64,000 nt of DNA from Candidatus Omnitrophota bacterium (GTDB lineage Bacteria; Omnitrophota; Gorgyraeia; Gorgyraeales; Gorgyraeaceae). Shown here in pieces: positions 8,867 to 17,892 of this stretch. A model generated the notes under the pieces. That model was not told the origin of the DNA, did no database searches, and saw only the letters and a list, made by a program, of their open reading frames with translations. The position numbers and the translations under genes were made by a program. The stretch is taken from positions 112,015 through 176,014 of the forward strand of contig JBHPFI010000001.1 in NCBI GenBank assembly GCA_042572045.1, read 5' to 3'. Each line of letters starts with the position of its first letter. Positions within the stretch are counted from its first letter, which is position 1.

Positions 8867-9238
8867 CTACAAAACACTCCACTCAACCACCACCCCTAAG
8901 AGTATTACAAAAACCCCATACACCCGCCAAAATCCTTCAGAGCGGCCCAGAAAATAGTTGATTGTGGATTTAAGCGTATTGATAGGAGCTAAAAGGATAA
9001 ATAGGCCTTTAGAGAGGCTTAGTACACCCAGGACCTTGATAAATGGTGCTAGACTGGATGCCGGAGCGGACCAGAAAAAGAGCACCCCTGCGGCTAAGGA
9101 TAATATAAAAGAGGATTTTACAAACTTTACTAGCTCTGCTAGCTTAGTATAAAGGGTTTTGGTTTTTTTGGGGAAAAGAAGGAAGAATATGCCTGCTGTG
9201 AGCCAAAGAATGGATATTACGTATAGAAAGATCTTCAT
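8867..9238 (-). CDS. 120-aa-family 4-TM membrane protein, paralogue 1
   Basis: MKIFL...FPKK(T/S)KTLY...GRSEGFWRVYGVFVILLGVVV.WSV is shared with 9638-10000 and 41897-42262. Confidence 0.7.
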   Translation of the reverse strand: MKIFLYVISILWLTAGIFFLLFPKKTKTLYTKLAELVKFVKSSFILSLAAGVLFFWSAPASSLAPFIKVLGVLSLSKGLFILLAPINTLKSTINYFLGRSEGFWRVYGVFVILLGVVVEWSVL

Positions 9239-9288
9239 ATGCCACGCCTTTGTGGTTAGTGTATATATGATACTACTAAAAACTTATT

Positions 9289-9588
9289 TCAACGGTTTTC
9301 TTTACCCATAGGGTGTCTTTGAAAACTACCGTGAGAAAGAATGGATTTTATACTCCTAAATTTAATATAGCCCTTTTTACTGCCCATGGCTTCAATAACT
9401 AAAAAGCTTTCATCTCCTATCTTTTCTACCCCTAATATTCTTACCCTCTCAACTACCTCCAATTTACTCGCGCTAATTACATAGATAATATCATAAAAAG
9501 CATCTTTCTCAAACATGATATCATCAGCGGCATGAGCTAATGATGTGGCGAGTAAAACCATTGCCAGAGTGAGCAATATTTTCTTCAT
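9289..9588 (-). CDS. Small secreted protein (99 aa)
   Basis: ATG at 9588 behind AAGGAGG. Signal peptide MKKILLTLAMVLLATSLAHA. The track ORF extension to 9657 lies in repeat sequence. Confidence 0.6.
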   Translation of the reverse strand: MKKILLTLAMVLLATSLAHAADDIMFEKDAFYDIIYVISASKLEVVERVRILGVEKIGDESFLVIEAMGSKKGYIKFRSIKSILSHGSFQRHPMGKENR

Positions 9589-9637
9589 AAAATACCTCCT
9601 TAACCTCCTAAAACCTACACAAACTCCAACCTCTCCC

Positions 9638-10000
9638 CTACCAAACACTCCACCCAACCACCGCCCCTAAGACTATTACAAAAACCCCATACACCCGCCA
9701 AAATCCTTCAGAGCGGCCAATAAAATAGCTGAGTATGGATTTAAGCACATCGACAGGGGAAAACAGCATGAATAGGCCTTCAATCAGGGATAGAATACCC
9801 AGGACCTTTATAAGGCCCCCAAGGCGGGATACTGGATGAGCCCATAGAAATCCCACCCCAAATAATAAGGGTAAGATAAACAGGGCTTTTACAGGCTTTA
9901 CTATATTGCCATAGATGGTCTTGGATTTTTTGGGAAAGAAAAGAAATGCTATGCCTACGAGTATCCAGAATTTAGATATGAATAATAGGAAGATCTTCAT
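9638..10000 (-). CDS. 120-aa-family 4-TM membrane protein, paralogue 2
   Basis: Homologous to 8867-9238 and 41897-42262. A promoter module lies immediately upstream. Confidence 0.7.
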   Translation of the reverse strand: MKIFLLFISKFWILVGIAFLFFPKKSKTIYGNIVKPVKALFILPLLFGVGFLWAHPVSRLGGLIKVLGILSLIEGLFMLFSPVDVLKSILSYFIGRSEGFWRVYGVFVIVLGAVVGWSVW

Positions 10001-10028
10001 GTACCACGCCTTTGTGGTTAGTGTATAT

Positions 10029-10057
10029 ATGATACTGCTAAGGGGTCATTGAGTCAA
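10029..10057 (-). promoter_or_regulatory. Sigma70-type promoter module copy: TTGACT-17 nt-TATCAT
   Basis: Minus-sense -35 at 10057-10052, -10 at 10034-10029, exact 17-nt spacer. It is embedded in the last codons of the upstream gene. Confidence 0.6.
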
Positions 10058-11147
10058 GGTGAGGCGTCTTAACAAAAATTTGTTTTTGAATTTCCCACTT
10101 TTTTCTATCTTCAAGCGTAGCTTCTGCCGTAAGTGTCATAACCCCTGTAGAACCTCCAGCAAGGCCAGCTTTTAAAGCTTTTTCATATTCCTCTACGCTC
10201 ATCTTTTTAGGTTCATCTGTTGCCTGAACGATAGGCCAGACCTGTTTGTCTGTCTTGAGTTTTATCCATTGGGTTAATGAAATTATCCAGTCCGTATCTC
10301 TATAACATAATAAGTGGTAACTCATGGGCGAAAATACATCTATTACCTTAGAAAGCTTTTCTATATCCTGTCCAATGGCTTTATATATTGCATTATCAAA
10401 GTCTTCCTCTCTCCACGGAACTAAAAATATTCCTATAATCGCGTCTTTTCTGTATTTTGTTACTGCGTTTCTAATCTTTTTTGCTGTATCAACGATAACG
10501 TCACTCCTCCATTCATACCAATTTTCAGAATGATTTTTATATATCCATTGGGAAATCTCTTTTGTCGATTTCAGTTCTTCAGGGATCCTTACGCCTGTTT
10601 CATTTTGGAATCTCTTAAGACAACTTTTGCAAAAACATGTAAGTTGTATCTTAGGAACTTTTACTTCCCACCTTGTAGGCCATCTCATGAAATCAAGCCA
10701 TAATCCGTCGATTGGATATTCTCTTGCTATATCTTCCGCTTCCTCTATCTTTTGGTTAATTAGCCATTGCTGAGACGGGCAGATACCTGCATACCACCCA
10801 TCCATTTCCGCCAGACTCCCGTCTGATAATACCGGACGGGATTCAGGATGTTCGTCCCAGTAATGGTTGCCAGAGAACATCGACAATTCAGCATACGCCT
10901 TTACCCCATTTTTACGAAGCTGATTAATTATTGAATTATTAAGCGGGACATGCACGACAGCATTTATCCCACATCCCTTAAGATATTTTGATATTTGTTC
11001 GGGACTTTTATTTTTAAATACTGGTGATTTTAAAGGAAGAGTATAAATTGCCTTTGTTATTTGCTGTTCTCCAAACGATTTGGTCGCAAATAAAAATGAG
11101 AGGAGTATATAAAAAATAATATGCCCAAATTTTATTTGAGTCCCCAT
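10038..11147 (-). CDS. Secreted TIM-barrel glycoside-hydrolase-like protein (GHL10/DUF4015-type)
   Basis: Signal peptide. Motifs GINAVVHVP, AYAELSMF and PIDGLWLDFMRWP. The last ~10 codons (KTPHLDSMTP*) are encoded by the promoter repeat. Confidence 0.5.
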   Translation of the reverse strand: MGTQIKFGHIIFYILLSFLFATKSFGEQQITKAIYTLPLKSPVFKNKSPEQISKYLKGCGINAVVHVPLNNSIINQLRKNGVKAYAELSMFSGNHYWDEHPESRPVLSDGSLAEMDGWYAGICPSQQWLINQKIEEAEDIAREYPIDGLWLDFMRWPTRWEVKVPKIQLTCFCKSCLKRFQNETGVRIPEELKSTKEISQWIYKNHSENWYEWRSDVIVDTAKKIRNAVTKYRKDAIIGIFLVPWREEDFDNAIYKAIGQDIEKLSKVIDVFSPMSYHLLCYRDTDWIISLTQWIKLKTDKQVWPIVQATDEPKKMSVEEYEKALKAGLAGGSTGVMTLTAEATLEDRKKWEIQKQIFVKTPHLDSMTP

Positions 11148-11162
11148 CTTATCTTCCCCCTG

Positions 11163-12293
11163 CTACCCCCATATCCCCGGAATCTTGTGATTACAGGATG
11201 GACAGCGCCCGTTATGTATATTGTTTTTCAATACCTTGAAATGTATGCGGTGAATTAGGGTTGTATTACATTTTGGGCAAAAGGTGGAGTTATGTAGATG
11301 GCCCGGGACATTGCCTATAGTGACATAATCCAGGCCTGTCTCTTTTGCAATCTTATAGGCCTTTTCAAGGGTTTCTATTGGTGTGGGCGGGAGATTGATG
11401 AGGCGGTAGGATGGTGAAAACCTTGAAAAATGAAGCGGCACCTCATGACCTAGATTGTGTTTTATCCATTTGCACATATCCTGTATCTCGTCTGGATACT
11501 CGTTTATTGTGGGGATGACGAGATTTACAATCTCAAGCCATTTCCCTTCTCTTTTTATTATTTTTAATGCTTCCAGGACCGGCTCGAGCTCTGCAGAAGA
11601 ATTGTCATACGCTCTCTTGGAGAAGCCTTTCAGGTCAATGGTGGCTGCGTCTGTGTATTTTAAAAGCTCTCTTAGGGGCTTGGGGTTTAGCGAGCCATTG
11701 GAGTGCCAGAGGATACGCAAACCTTTTGTCTTGGCAATTTTTGCTATATCGTATACGTATTCGTAAAAAGATATAGGATCATTGTAGGTAAAAGAAAGGG
11801 TCGGGATTTTTCTTTTGAGAGCCTCGTCTACTGCCTCCTGCGGTGAAAGGTCATGGTAGGTCATCTGTTCTATGGAGCGCTGCGAGAGTTGCCAATTTTG
11901 GCAGTGTTGGCAGCGATAGTTGCAGCCAGCTGTACCAAAGCAAAGTATCTGGGTGCCTGGCAGCATATGGAGCTGCGGCTCTTTTTCAATAGGGTCGACC
12001 TGGATGGATGAAGGCCGGGAATGGACAATATTGTAAAGGGTGCCATTTGAGTTTTCTTTGTTGCGGCAAAAGCCTCTTTGCCCCTCTTTTATGATGCAGC
12101 GGCGGAAGCAGATTTCGCACTGGAGGGTACTGTCTTCGAGGCACTTATAAAACATTGCCTCTCGCTTCATCACGTTAGAGATCTTTGCCCACACTCTTTT
12201 TGCGAATATATTGGATGTGAAAACAAGAAATAGACATAGGGTGATTCTTTTTAAAAATGCCTTGCGGGAGATTTTTTGGTTAAGAAAAGTCAT
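11163..12293 (-). CDS. AmmeMemoRadiSam-type radical SAM enzyme (PFL-activase-like) with an N-terminal hydrophobic, Tat-like extension
   Basis: CEICFRRCIIKEGQRGFCRNKEN...GTAGCNYRCQHCQNW (CX3CX2C). C-terminal CPKC..CPSC. N-terminus contains ISRKAFLKRITLCLFLVF. Confidence 0.7.
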   Translation of the reverse strand: MTFLNQKISRKAFLKRITLCLFLVFTSNIFAKRVWAKISNVMKREAMFYKCLEDSTLQCEICFRRCIIKEGQRGFCRNKENSNGTLYNIVHSRPSSIQVDPIEKEPQLHMLPGTQILCFGTAGCNYRCQHCQNWQLSQRSIEQMTYHDLSPQEAVDEALKRKIPTLSFTYNDPISFYEYVYDIAKIAKTKGLRILWHSNGSLNPKPLRELLKYTDAATIDLKGFSKRAYDNSSAELEPVLEALKIIKREGKWLEIVNLVIPTINEYPDEIQDMCKWIKHNLGHEVPLHFSRFSPSYRLINLPPTPIETLEKAYKIAKETGLDYVTIGNVPGHLHNSTFCPKCNTTLIHRIHFKVLKNNIHNGRCPSCNHKIPGIWG

Positions 12294-12356
12294 TTCGACT
12301 CGTTCGAAGAGTATGACAAAAAGGCCTTAATTGCATATCTTTATTGTGCATCTTTT

Positions 12357-12385
12357 ATAATACTACTTTGGGCTCATTGCGTCAA
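12357..12385 (-). promoter_or_regulatory. Promoter module copy: TTGACG-17 nt-TATTAT
   Basis: Shares the spacer CAATGAGCCCAAAGTAG with the other copies. Lies ~65 nt upstream of the radical SAM gene ATG (12293). Confidence 0.55.
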
Positions 12386-12523
12386 GGTAAGGTGTTTTTG
12401 TGTTAAATGTGTGTAAGTAAAGGGGGAAATAATAGGTAAGCTATTCGTATCTTAATGCTGTCAATGCTATATTGACTTTTTACCAGGATTTACGTTATAA
12501 TAGTTCTTAAATAAAGGGGATGC

Positions 12524-12865
12524 ATGCTAAAAAGATATCAGGTGCTTTTAAATGACTGGATGGTACAACGCTTAAAAGAAGCTAGCGAGAGATACGATAT
12601 AAGTCAATCCGAAGTAATACGAATTTTACTATGCTTGCAGGCCATAAGGCTCGTATCTCAACTTTACCCCAAGCAATACAAAGACCCCGGTCTTGAAAAA
12701 GTTGTTCTAAATACCGCAACAAAAGTAAATAAAAAACAAGCTATAAGTTTAGAAGGATTTCATCGTCTTATATCGAAGATATATTACGAGGCACAAAAGG
12801 CAACAGAAGTTCGGGAAAAGCAAGAAAGCAAAATAAAAAATAACCGATCGATCATTCTCCGTTAA
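12524..12865 (+). CDS. Ribbon-helix-helix (CopG/Arc-like) protein
   Basis: N-terminus YQVLLNDWMVQRLKEASERYDISQSEVIRILL fits a beta-strand/helix/helix pattern. AGGGGA Shine-Dalgarno sequence upstream. Confidence 0.5.
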   Translation: MLKRYQVLLNDWMVQRLKEASERYDISQSEVIRILLCLQAIRLVSQLYPKQYKDPGLEKVVLNTATKVNKKQAISLEGFHRLISKIYYEAQKATEVREKQESKIKNNRSIILR

Positions 12866-12970
12866 AACCAAAACCCCCTAAAACCTACACAAATCCCAAC
12901 CTCTCCCTGCGGCGAATGTATATATATTATCTCTTAAATGTGTGTAAGTAGAGAGGAAATCAAAGGTAAG

Positions 12971-13050
12971 CTATTCGTATCTTAACGCCTCTATCGGATT
13001 AAGCTCGGACGCCTTTTTGGCAGGCCACAGGCCAAAAAACATACCTATCT
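12971..13050 (-). pseudogene. Orphan 3' fragment of a MacB/FtsX-type permease gene
   Basis: Encodes GMFFGLWPAKKASELNPIEALRYE* with an in-frame TAG two codons upstream. 40 nt (13008-13047) are identical to macB 24918-24957. Confidence 0.8.
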
Positions 13051-13084
13051 ATTCCCTGATTAACACTACATCCAGGACATGCTT

Positions 13085-15007
13085 TTATAACTGCAGATAG
13101 TCTTCAAGCGGCACGGTCTTCTGCGTTGGAGCATTCTTTTCTTTGTCCGTGTCAATAAACTGCATGCACCATATTTCAAAAGTCAACAGACAAAAGATAC
13201 GATACCCATGATGCTTCAGCTCGATTATTTCACGGGGTTTGATTTTCTGGCGAGGGAATTCATTGAAAATATGCTCAAGTGATCTATTATTGAAAAGACC
13301 TCGTCTCTTTAGACGACTAAGAAGTCTCTCCAGCACAATCGGCCGTTTTGTCAGGAATAAATGAAAAGGCACATCACAGCTTTGTTGGGCTGAATATACG
13401 TATTGTTCCGGCAGATAACGGAGCATCGCCATTTTATGGAACCTGCGTCTATGTCCGGTATTGGAAAGTTTCTGAAAGGTAGTCCCGTCATTAAGCCACT
13501 CCTTGGGCAGTGAGTTTATAAAGGTGATCAGCTTATTATTCAAATACGGCGAGTAATAGTTCATCCCGAATCCCTCTATCGGTTTTTGCGTCGGAGGAAG
13601 CATATACTGATACACTCCGTACAGCATTTTCGTTTCAATAAGGGCATCGAAAAAATTATCCTTGGTAAATGGCAAGTCTATCATACATTTGTGAAGCGAG
13701 ATCTCTTTAAAAGTCTCGGCATCAAGGATCTTTCTCACGGTCTCTATATTATAATGGCGGTACGAGCAAAGCCTGCCAAAAAAATCATCGTATATATTTT
13801 TTTCAGCAAAAAGAGAAAACACATGGTCACTTTCCCAGAAACGCTCCCAGTCATTTACCGAAAGTATTATTTTGTTCAATAGCCTGGCACCCTTACGTAA
13901 TATATACGGAAGACGCCTGAAATACCTGTGCCACTCGGCCACAGGATAATATTCTCCCCATAATGTATCTCCTGCGTCACCGGAGATCATGCTATCCACG
14001 TGTTTACGTGCCTCGAGGATGCACATAAATATAGGAAGCGCTCCCCCAGAAACAGGCTCCTCGACTATATTTATAAAATAAGGCACACAGTCTATAGCAT
14101 CCGGACCTATGACCACAGGATGATGGACCCCTCCGAACTTTTCGGTAATATAGCGTGCCTTCGGCGTCTCGTCAAAAGCGAAGTTCTCATAGGAAGCTGT
14201 AAAGGCATGAACAGGCTTACCAAAAAGCTTTGACGTCTGGATAAATGTAAAGCTAGTGTCGTGGCCGCCGCTTAGAAAACAACCAAGTTCTCCAGGCTTT
14301 ACACAGTTAAGAAAACTTCCGATACTTTTGCTGTAAACACTCTCGTATTCGTCAAGTTTAGCGTTAAGATCCGTGAACGGCCGCCTGTCAAAGATATATT
14401 CAGTTTTCCAGTGATCTGAAACAGTGTATGTTTTATCGTGAACATGGATAAATTGAGTAGGCAGAAGTTTTTTAACCCCCTCTAATTGCGTTTTTTCAGT
14501 ATATGAGAACCCCGTTCGCAAGAATGAAGGAAGCGCCTGTTTATCAAAAGGGGGTGTGTAAGGCAGCAGGTCGAGCAGCAGCTTAAGTGAGCTTGCGAAA
14601 AATAAAGCATTATCATTAGCACAATAATACAGTTGAGTGGCCTGGTGACGGCTGTTAAAAATGAACACTTCGCCTGATGTCCTGTCGTGTATCACGATTA
14701 TAAAAAAACCGTCGAGAAGGGAACAGAACCCCTTCCCTTCTTTAACAAATAGCTGTGCAACTAATTCTTCGAGATTATTTCGACTTGACTCAAAATAGGC
14801 ACCATCTGCCTTTATATCTAATATATCGCCTAATATTATCACTGAATGATTATCGGTAATTCTTGCAGGTCGCGACGAACGAACGGCAACACAAGATTGG
14901 CAATATTCGGCAGTAAAAGGAATCTGCTGGATCGGCTTAGATTCTTTGCCGTCAAGTAAGACCCGTCCAGCGATCGTATATTTATTTTTTAATTCCGGAA
15001 GATTCAC
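13085..15007 (-). CDS. Asparagine synthetase-family adenylating enzyme lacking the N-terminal catalytic Cys
   Basis: GTG start. N-terminus MNLPELKNKY has no Cys2. PP-loop variant CFLSGGHDTSFTF. 640 aa. Confidence 0.7.
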   Translation of the reverse strand: MNLPELKNKYTIAGRVLLDGKESKPIQQIPFTAEYCQSCVAVRSSRPARITDNHSVIILGDILDIKADGAYFESSRNNLEELVAQLFVKEGKGFCSLLDGFFIIVIHDRTSGEVFIFNSRHQATQLYYCANDNALFFASSLKLLLDLLPYTPPFDKQALPSFLRTGFSYTEKTQLEGVKKLLPTQFIHVHDKTYTVSDHWKTEYIFDRRPFTDLNAKLDEYESVYSKSIGSFLNCVKPGELGCFLSGGHDTSFTFIQTSKLFGKPVHAFTASYENFAFDETPKARYITEKFGGVHHPVVIGPDAIDCVPYFINIVEEPVSGGALPIFMCILEARKHVDSMISGDAGDTLWGEYYPVAEWHRYFRRLPYILRKGARLLNKIILSVNDWERFWESDHVFSLFAEKNIYDDFFGRLCSYRHYNIETVRKILDAETFKEISLHKCMIDLPFTKDNFFDALIETKMLYGVYQYMLPPTQKPIEGFGMNYYSPYLNNKLITFINSLPKEWLNDGTTFQKLSNTGHRRRFHKMAMLRYLPEQYVYSAQQSCDVPFHLFLTKRPIVLERLLSRLKRRGLFNNRSLEHIFNEFPRQKIKPREIIELKHHGYRIFCLLTFEIWCMQFIDTDKEKNAPTQKTVPLEDYLQL

Positions 15008-15980
15008 GTGTATGGCTTTTTTCTATATCGAATCTCTGTAATATATCTCTGTCGAGCTCTAAGCTTCTAACGCGACTTCTTATCTCGATCAGCAATATAT
15101 GCAGACTAGCTAGTATGGAACCAATTAGTCCACAGAACAGGGAGACTGCTGCCATAAAAAGACCGATATAAAATATTTTATCCAGCAAAACACTATGAAC
15201 GCTGTTCGCTAAAAGGAGCGATTTGCTTGCCACTGCCAAGACAGATACGCTGAATAACGCTATAGCCAGCCATATAAAAAAAGCTAACGGGTAATACTCG
15301 AGGAAGACCGCTGCTAAAATTTTAACCTGTTCAAGCACATACTCAAAATATGATGTAAAAAGGTGGGATTCCCTGGTCTTGGCGTTTACGCCGATAGGTT
15401 CCCATGCAACCTTTAATCCTATCCGTCTTGACTGGCATAACATCTCAAGGGTATAACTAAAATCACATCTGACAACGATCCTTCTCGCAGCATGACGGCT
15501 AATGGCACGGAATCCGGTCGTCGCATCTGGGATATTTAAGTCAGAGAAACGAGAAGCGATCCTGCTGCCCACTTTATGCAGCATTTTTTTAAGAAGGCTG
15601 TTTTCCTTATTAGCGTCGTTATCGCGGCACCCCAGCACTATATCAGCACGCTTATTACAGATCGGCCTTATGAGTTTTGGTATATCGCTTCCTTTATACT
15701 GGTTATCTCCATCAAGGTTGACAATGATATCCGCTCCTAACGCGAGGGCTACCTCTAATCCATTACAAAACGTCTTTGATAGCCCCTGTTTAACGTTATT
15801 CTTAACGATATAATCGACACCCATGGACTTTGCGACTTCAACTGTCCTGTCAGTGCTACCGTCATCTATGACCAGGGTATATATTTCATCTATTCCCTCT
15901 ATAGGTCTCGGGATTCCGGTAATAACGGAAGGCAATGTCGCCTCTTCGTTCAAACAAGGGATCTGAATAAAAAGCTTCAT
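14982..15980 (-). CDS. Family 2 glycosyltransferase with C-terminal TM helices (polyprenyl-phosphate sugar synthase type, ArnC/DPM1/GtrB-like)
   Basis: MKLFIQIPCLNEE..VIDDGSTDRT..NLDGDNQY, followed by two or three C-terminal TM helices. An alternative TTG start at 16016 would overlap the asnB stop. Confidence 0.75.
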   Translation of the reverse strand: MKLFIQIPCLNEEATLPSVITGIPRPIEGIDEIYTLVIDDGSTDRTVEVAKSMGVDYIVKNNVKQGLSKTFCNGLEVALALGADIIVNLDGDNQYKGSDIPKLIRPICNKRADIVLGCRDNDANKENSLLKKMLHKVGSRIASRFSDLNIPDATTGFRAISRHAARRIVVRCDFSYTLEMLCQSRRIGLKVAWEPIGVNAKTRESHLFTSYFEYVLEQVKILAAVFLEYYPLAFFIWLAIALFSVSVLAVASKSLLLANSVHSVLLDKIFYIGLFMAAVSLFCGLIGSILASLHILLIEIRSRVRSLELDRDILQRFDIEKSHTRESSGIKK

Positions 15981-16012
15981 ACCTGATATTTTAAAACTTT
16001 TCTCTTTTAAGT

Positions 16013-17887
16013 TCAAGGGCTAATATGTTTTAATAATACCAACAACCCCCATATTTTAAAGGAATTGTTCTCTTTGCGCTGTCTGTGCCTGAGCAATAAA
16101 TTTATACACTCATCTCTATTAATAAAGTTGTCAAAAAGCCTGTGATGCGCATTGAATATATCATGGCAATAATCAAACAGATCCGACTTTAACCATGCAG
16201 CTATAGGCATATGCCATCCCTGCTTCTTTTGCCGTAGTATCCTTTGGTCCAGTTTGTCTGTCATTATCTTTTTCAACAGATACTTGGATTCTGTTATTTT
16301 AAAACGCGCACTAAAAGGTAGCTTTATCAAATATTCAGCCAGAGGAAGGTAGAGAAACGGCACCCGCACTTCGAGGGAATTTTTCATACTGTAAACGTCC
16401 GTCCTTAATAAATTATTGAAAGTGAGCCATGAGGTCAGGTCGGAGTTGGCTAGATATTCGAGAGAGGCATCCTTTTTATCTGGACCTCCGTAATATGTGT
16501 CACTGAATGAGTTTAAATCTATTTTATCCAGCAGATCACTCTTTAGTATTGCCTTTTTATCCTCGAACGGAAAGATAACACGCCAGTATGAATGCGCCAT
16601 TTTACTATCTCTGAATTTCGCCCCCTGTATAAAACGCAGGAACTTATAATCGAAGTTAAGCTTTTTATCGGATGAGGGGAAAAAGGAAATCATTTTTTCA
16701 AGAGAACCGAGACCGGCTATTGGGAGGTGCTTGAAGAAACGATAAAGAAAATCCGCTCTGTAAGTAGGGTATCCTAAAAACAGCTCATCCCCCCCTTCTC
16801 CGGAAAGACAGACCTTAACATATTTACTGGCTAACCGACTTACTAAATAGGTTGAGACACACGCCTGATCCGCGATAACAGAATCGCAAATTTCAGGAAG
16901 ATCTTCCAGGAACCGGATCACATCACCTTCGCGGCATACGATCTCAGCATGATCTGTTTTATACTTTTCAGCAACAAGTCTCGCATATGGCCTCTCATCG
17001 TAGGATTTATTATCATATCCTACCGAAAACGTCTTAAGACGACGATGGTTATTCTGGCATAAAAAATGTACTATCGAACTGGAATCAATACCTCCGCTTA
17101 AAAAACATCCGACCTCGACATCGGACTGGATATGTCTTTTTATCGAATCCTTCATGAGCTCTTCTACATCATGGATTATCTCTCTGGCAGAAAACTTTTC
17201 TTTACCTGTATATATATTCGGCCTCCAAAAAGACCTGACAACGGGCCTCAAATGGTTATTGACCTGCAAAAAATGCCCCGGCAAAAGTTCAAACAGATCC
17301 TTGTAGATCGTTCTTTTACCTGGGATATAATTGTAGTGAAAATACAGATTCAACCCTTCAGGATCGATATCTTCTGTTACCGCACCGCTCTTGATCAGGG
17401 ATCTGGTTTCAGAAGAAAACATAAACCTACAGCTGTTTCGGTAAAAATAAAGTGGTTTTATTCCAAAGTGGTCCCTAGCTAGAGTAAGGACATTCCTTTT
17501 TACATCAAATATACACATGGCGAACATTCCATGAAGAAGATTAAAACACTCAACACCTTTCTCTTCATACAAATGGACGATAACTTCCCCGTCCCCTTTT
17601 GTTCGAAATAAGTGGCCCTTACTTTCTAATTCAGAGCGTAACTCTTTGAAATTATAAATCATCCCGTTATAGACAAGGACCAGGCTTTTATCCTCATTGA
17701 ACAACGGTTGGTCGCTGTTAATAATGTCGACAATGCTCAAACGACTGGCAGCTAGACCGACATGATCGCTCTCATAAATACCCTGGCTGTCCGGCCCCCG
17801 ATGCAATAACAATGAGTGCATACGTGAGAGGTATCCGGCCTCTTCTTTATATCTTTCGGGGGAATAAATTCCGCAAATACCACACAT
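16013..17887 (-). CDS. asnB: Asparagine synthase (glutamine-hydrolysing), canonical
   Basis: MCGICGIY Ntn-Cys start. PP-loop CFLSGGIDSSSIV. 624 aa. Confidence 0.85.
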   Translation of the reverse strand: MCGICGIYSPERYKEEAGYLSRMHSLLLHRGPDSQGIYESDHVGLAASRLSIVDIINSDQPLFNEDKSLVLVYNGMIYNFKELRSELESKGHLFRTKGDGEVIVHLYEEKGVECFNLLHGMFAMCIFDVKRNVLTLARDHFGIKPLYFYRNSCRFMFSSETRSLIKSGAVTEDIDPEGLNLYFHYNYIPGKRTIYKDLFELLPGHFLQVNNHLRPVVRSFWRPNIYTGKEKFSAREIIHDVEELMKDSIKRHIQSDVEVGCFLSGGIDSSSIVHFLCQNNHRRLKTFSVGYDNKSYDERPYARLVAEKYKTDHAEIVCREGDVIRFLEDLPEICDSVIADQACVSTYLVSRLASKYVKVCLSGEGGDELFLGYPTYRADFLYRFFKHLPIAGLGSLEKMISFFPSSDKKLNFDYKFLRFIQGAKFRDSKMAHSYWRVIFPFEDKKAILKSDLLDKIDLNSFSDTYYGGPDKKDASLEYLANSDLTSWLTFNNLLRTDVYSMKNSLEVRVPFLYLPLAEYLIKLPFSARFKITESKYLLKKIMTDKLDQRILRQKKQGWHMPIAAWLKSDLFDYCHDIFNAHHRLFDNFINRDECINLLLRHRQRKENNSFKIWGLLVLLKHISP

Positions 17888-17892
17888 GTTCT

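Noticed and set aside
9289-9657. N-terminal extensions of track ORFs: 9289-9657, 51154-51567, 55753-56163, 59253-59681, 37329-38000, 45428-45961, 40964-41827, 19318-20763, 60052-60498 and 60468-61424.
   Set aside because: Internal ATGs have strong Shine-Dalgarno sequences, start a signal peptide or lipobox, or form ATGA overlaps. The extensions run into repeat sequence or the upstream gene.
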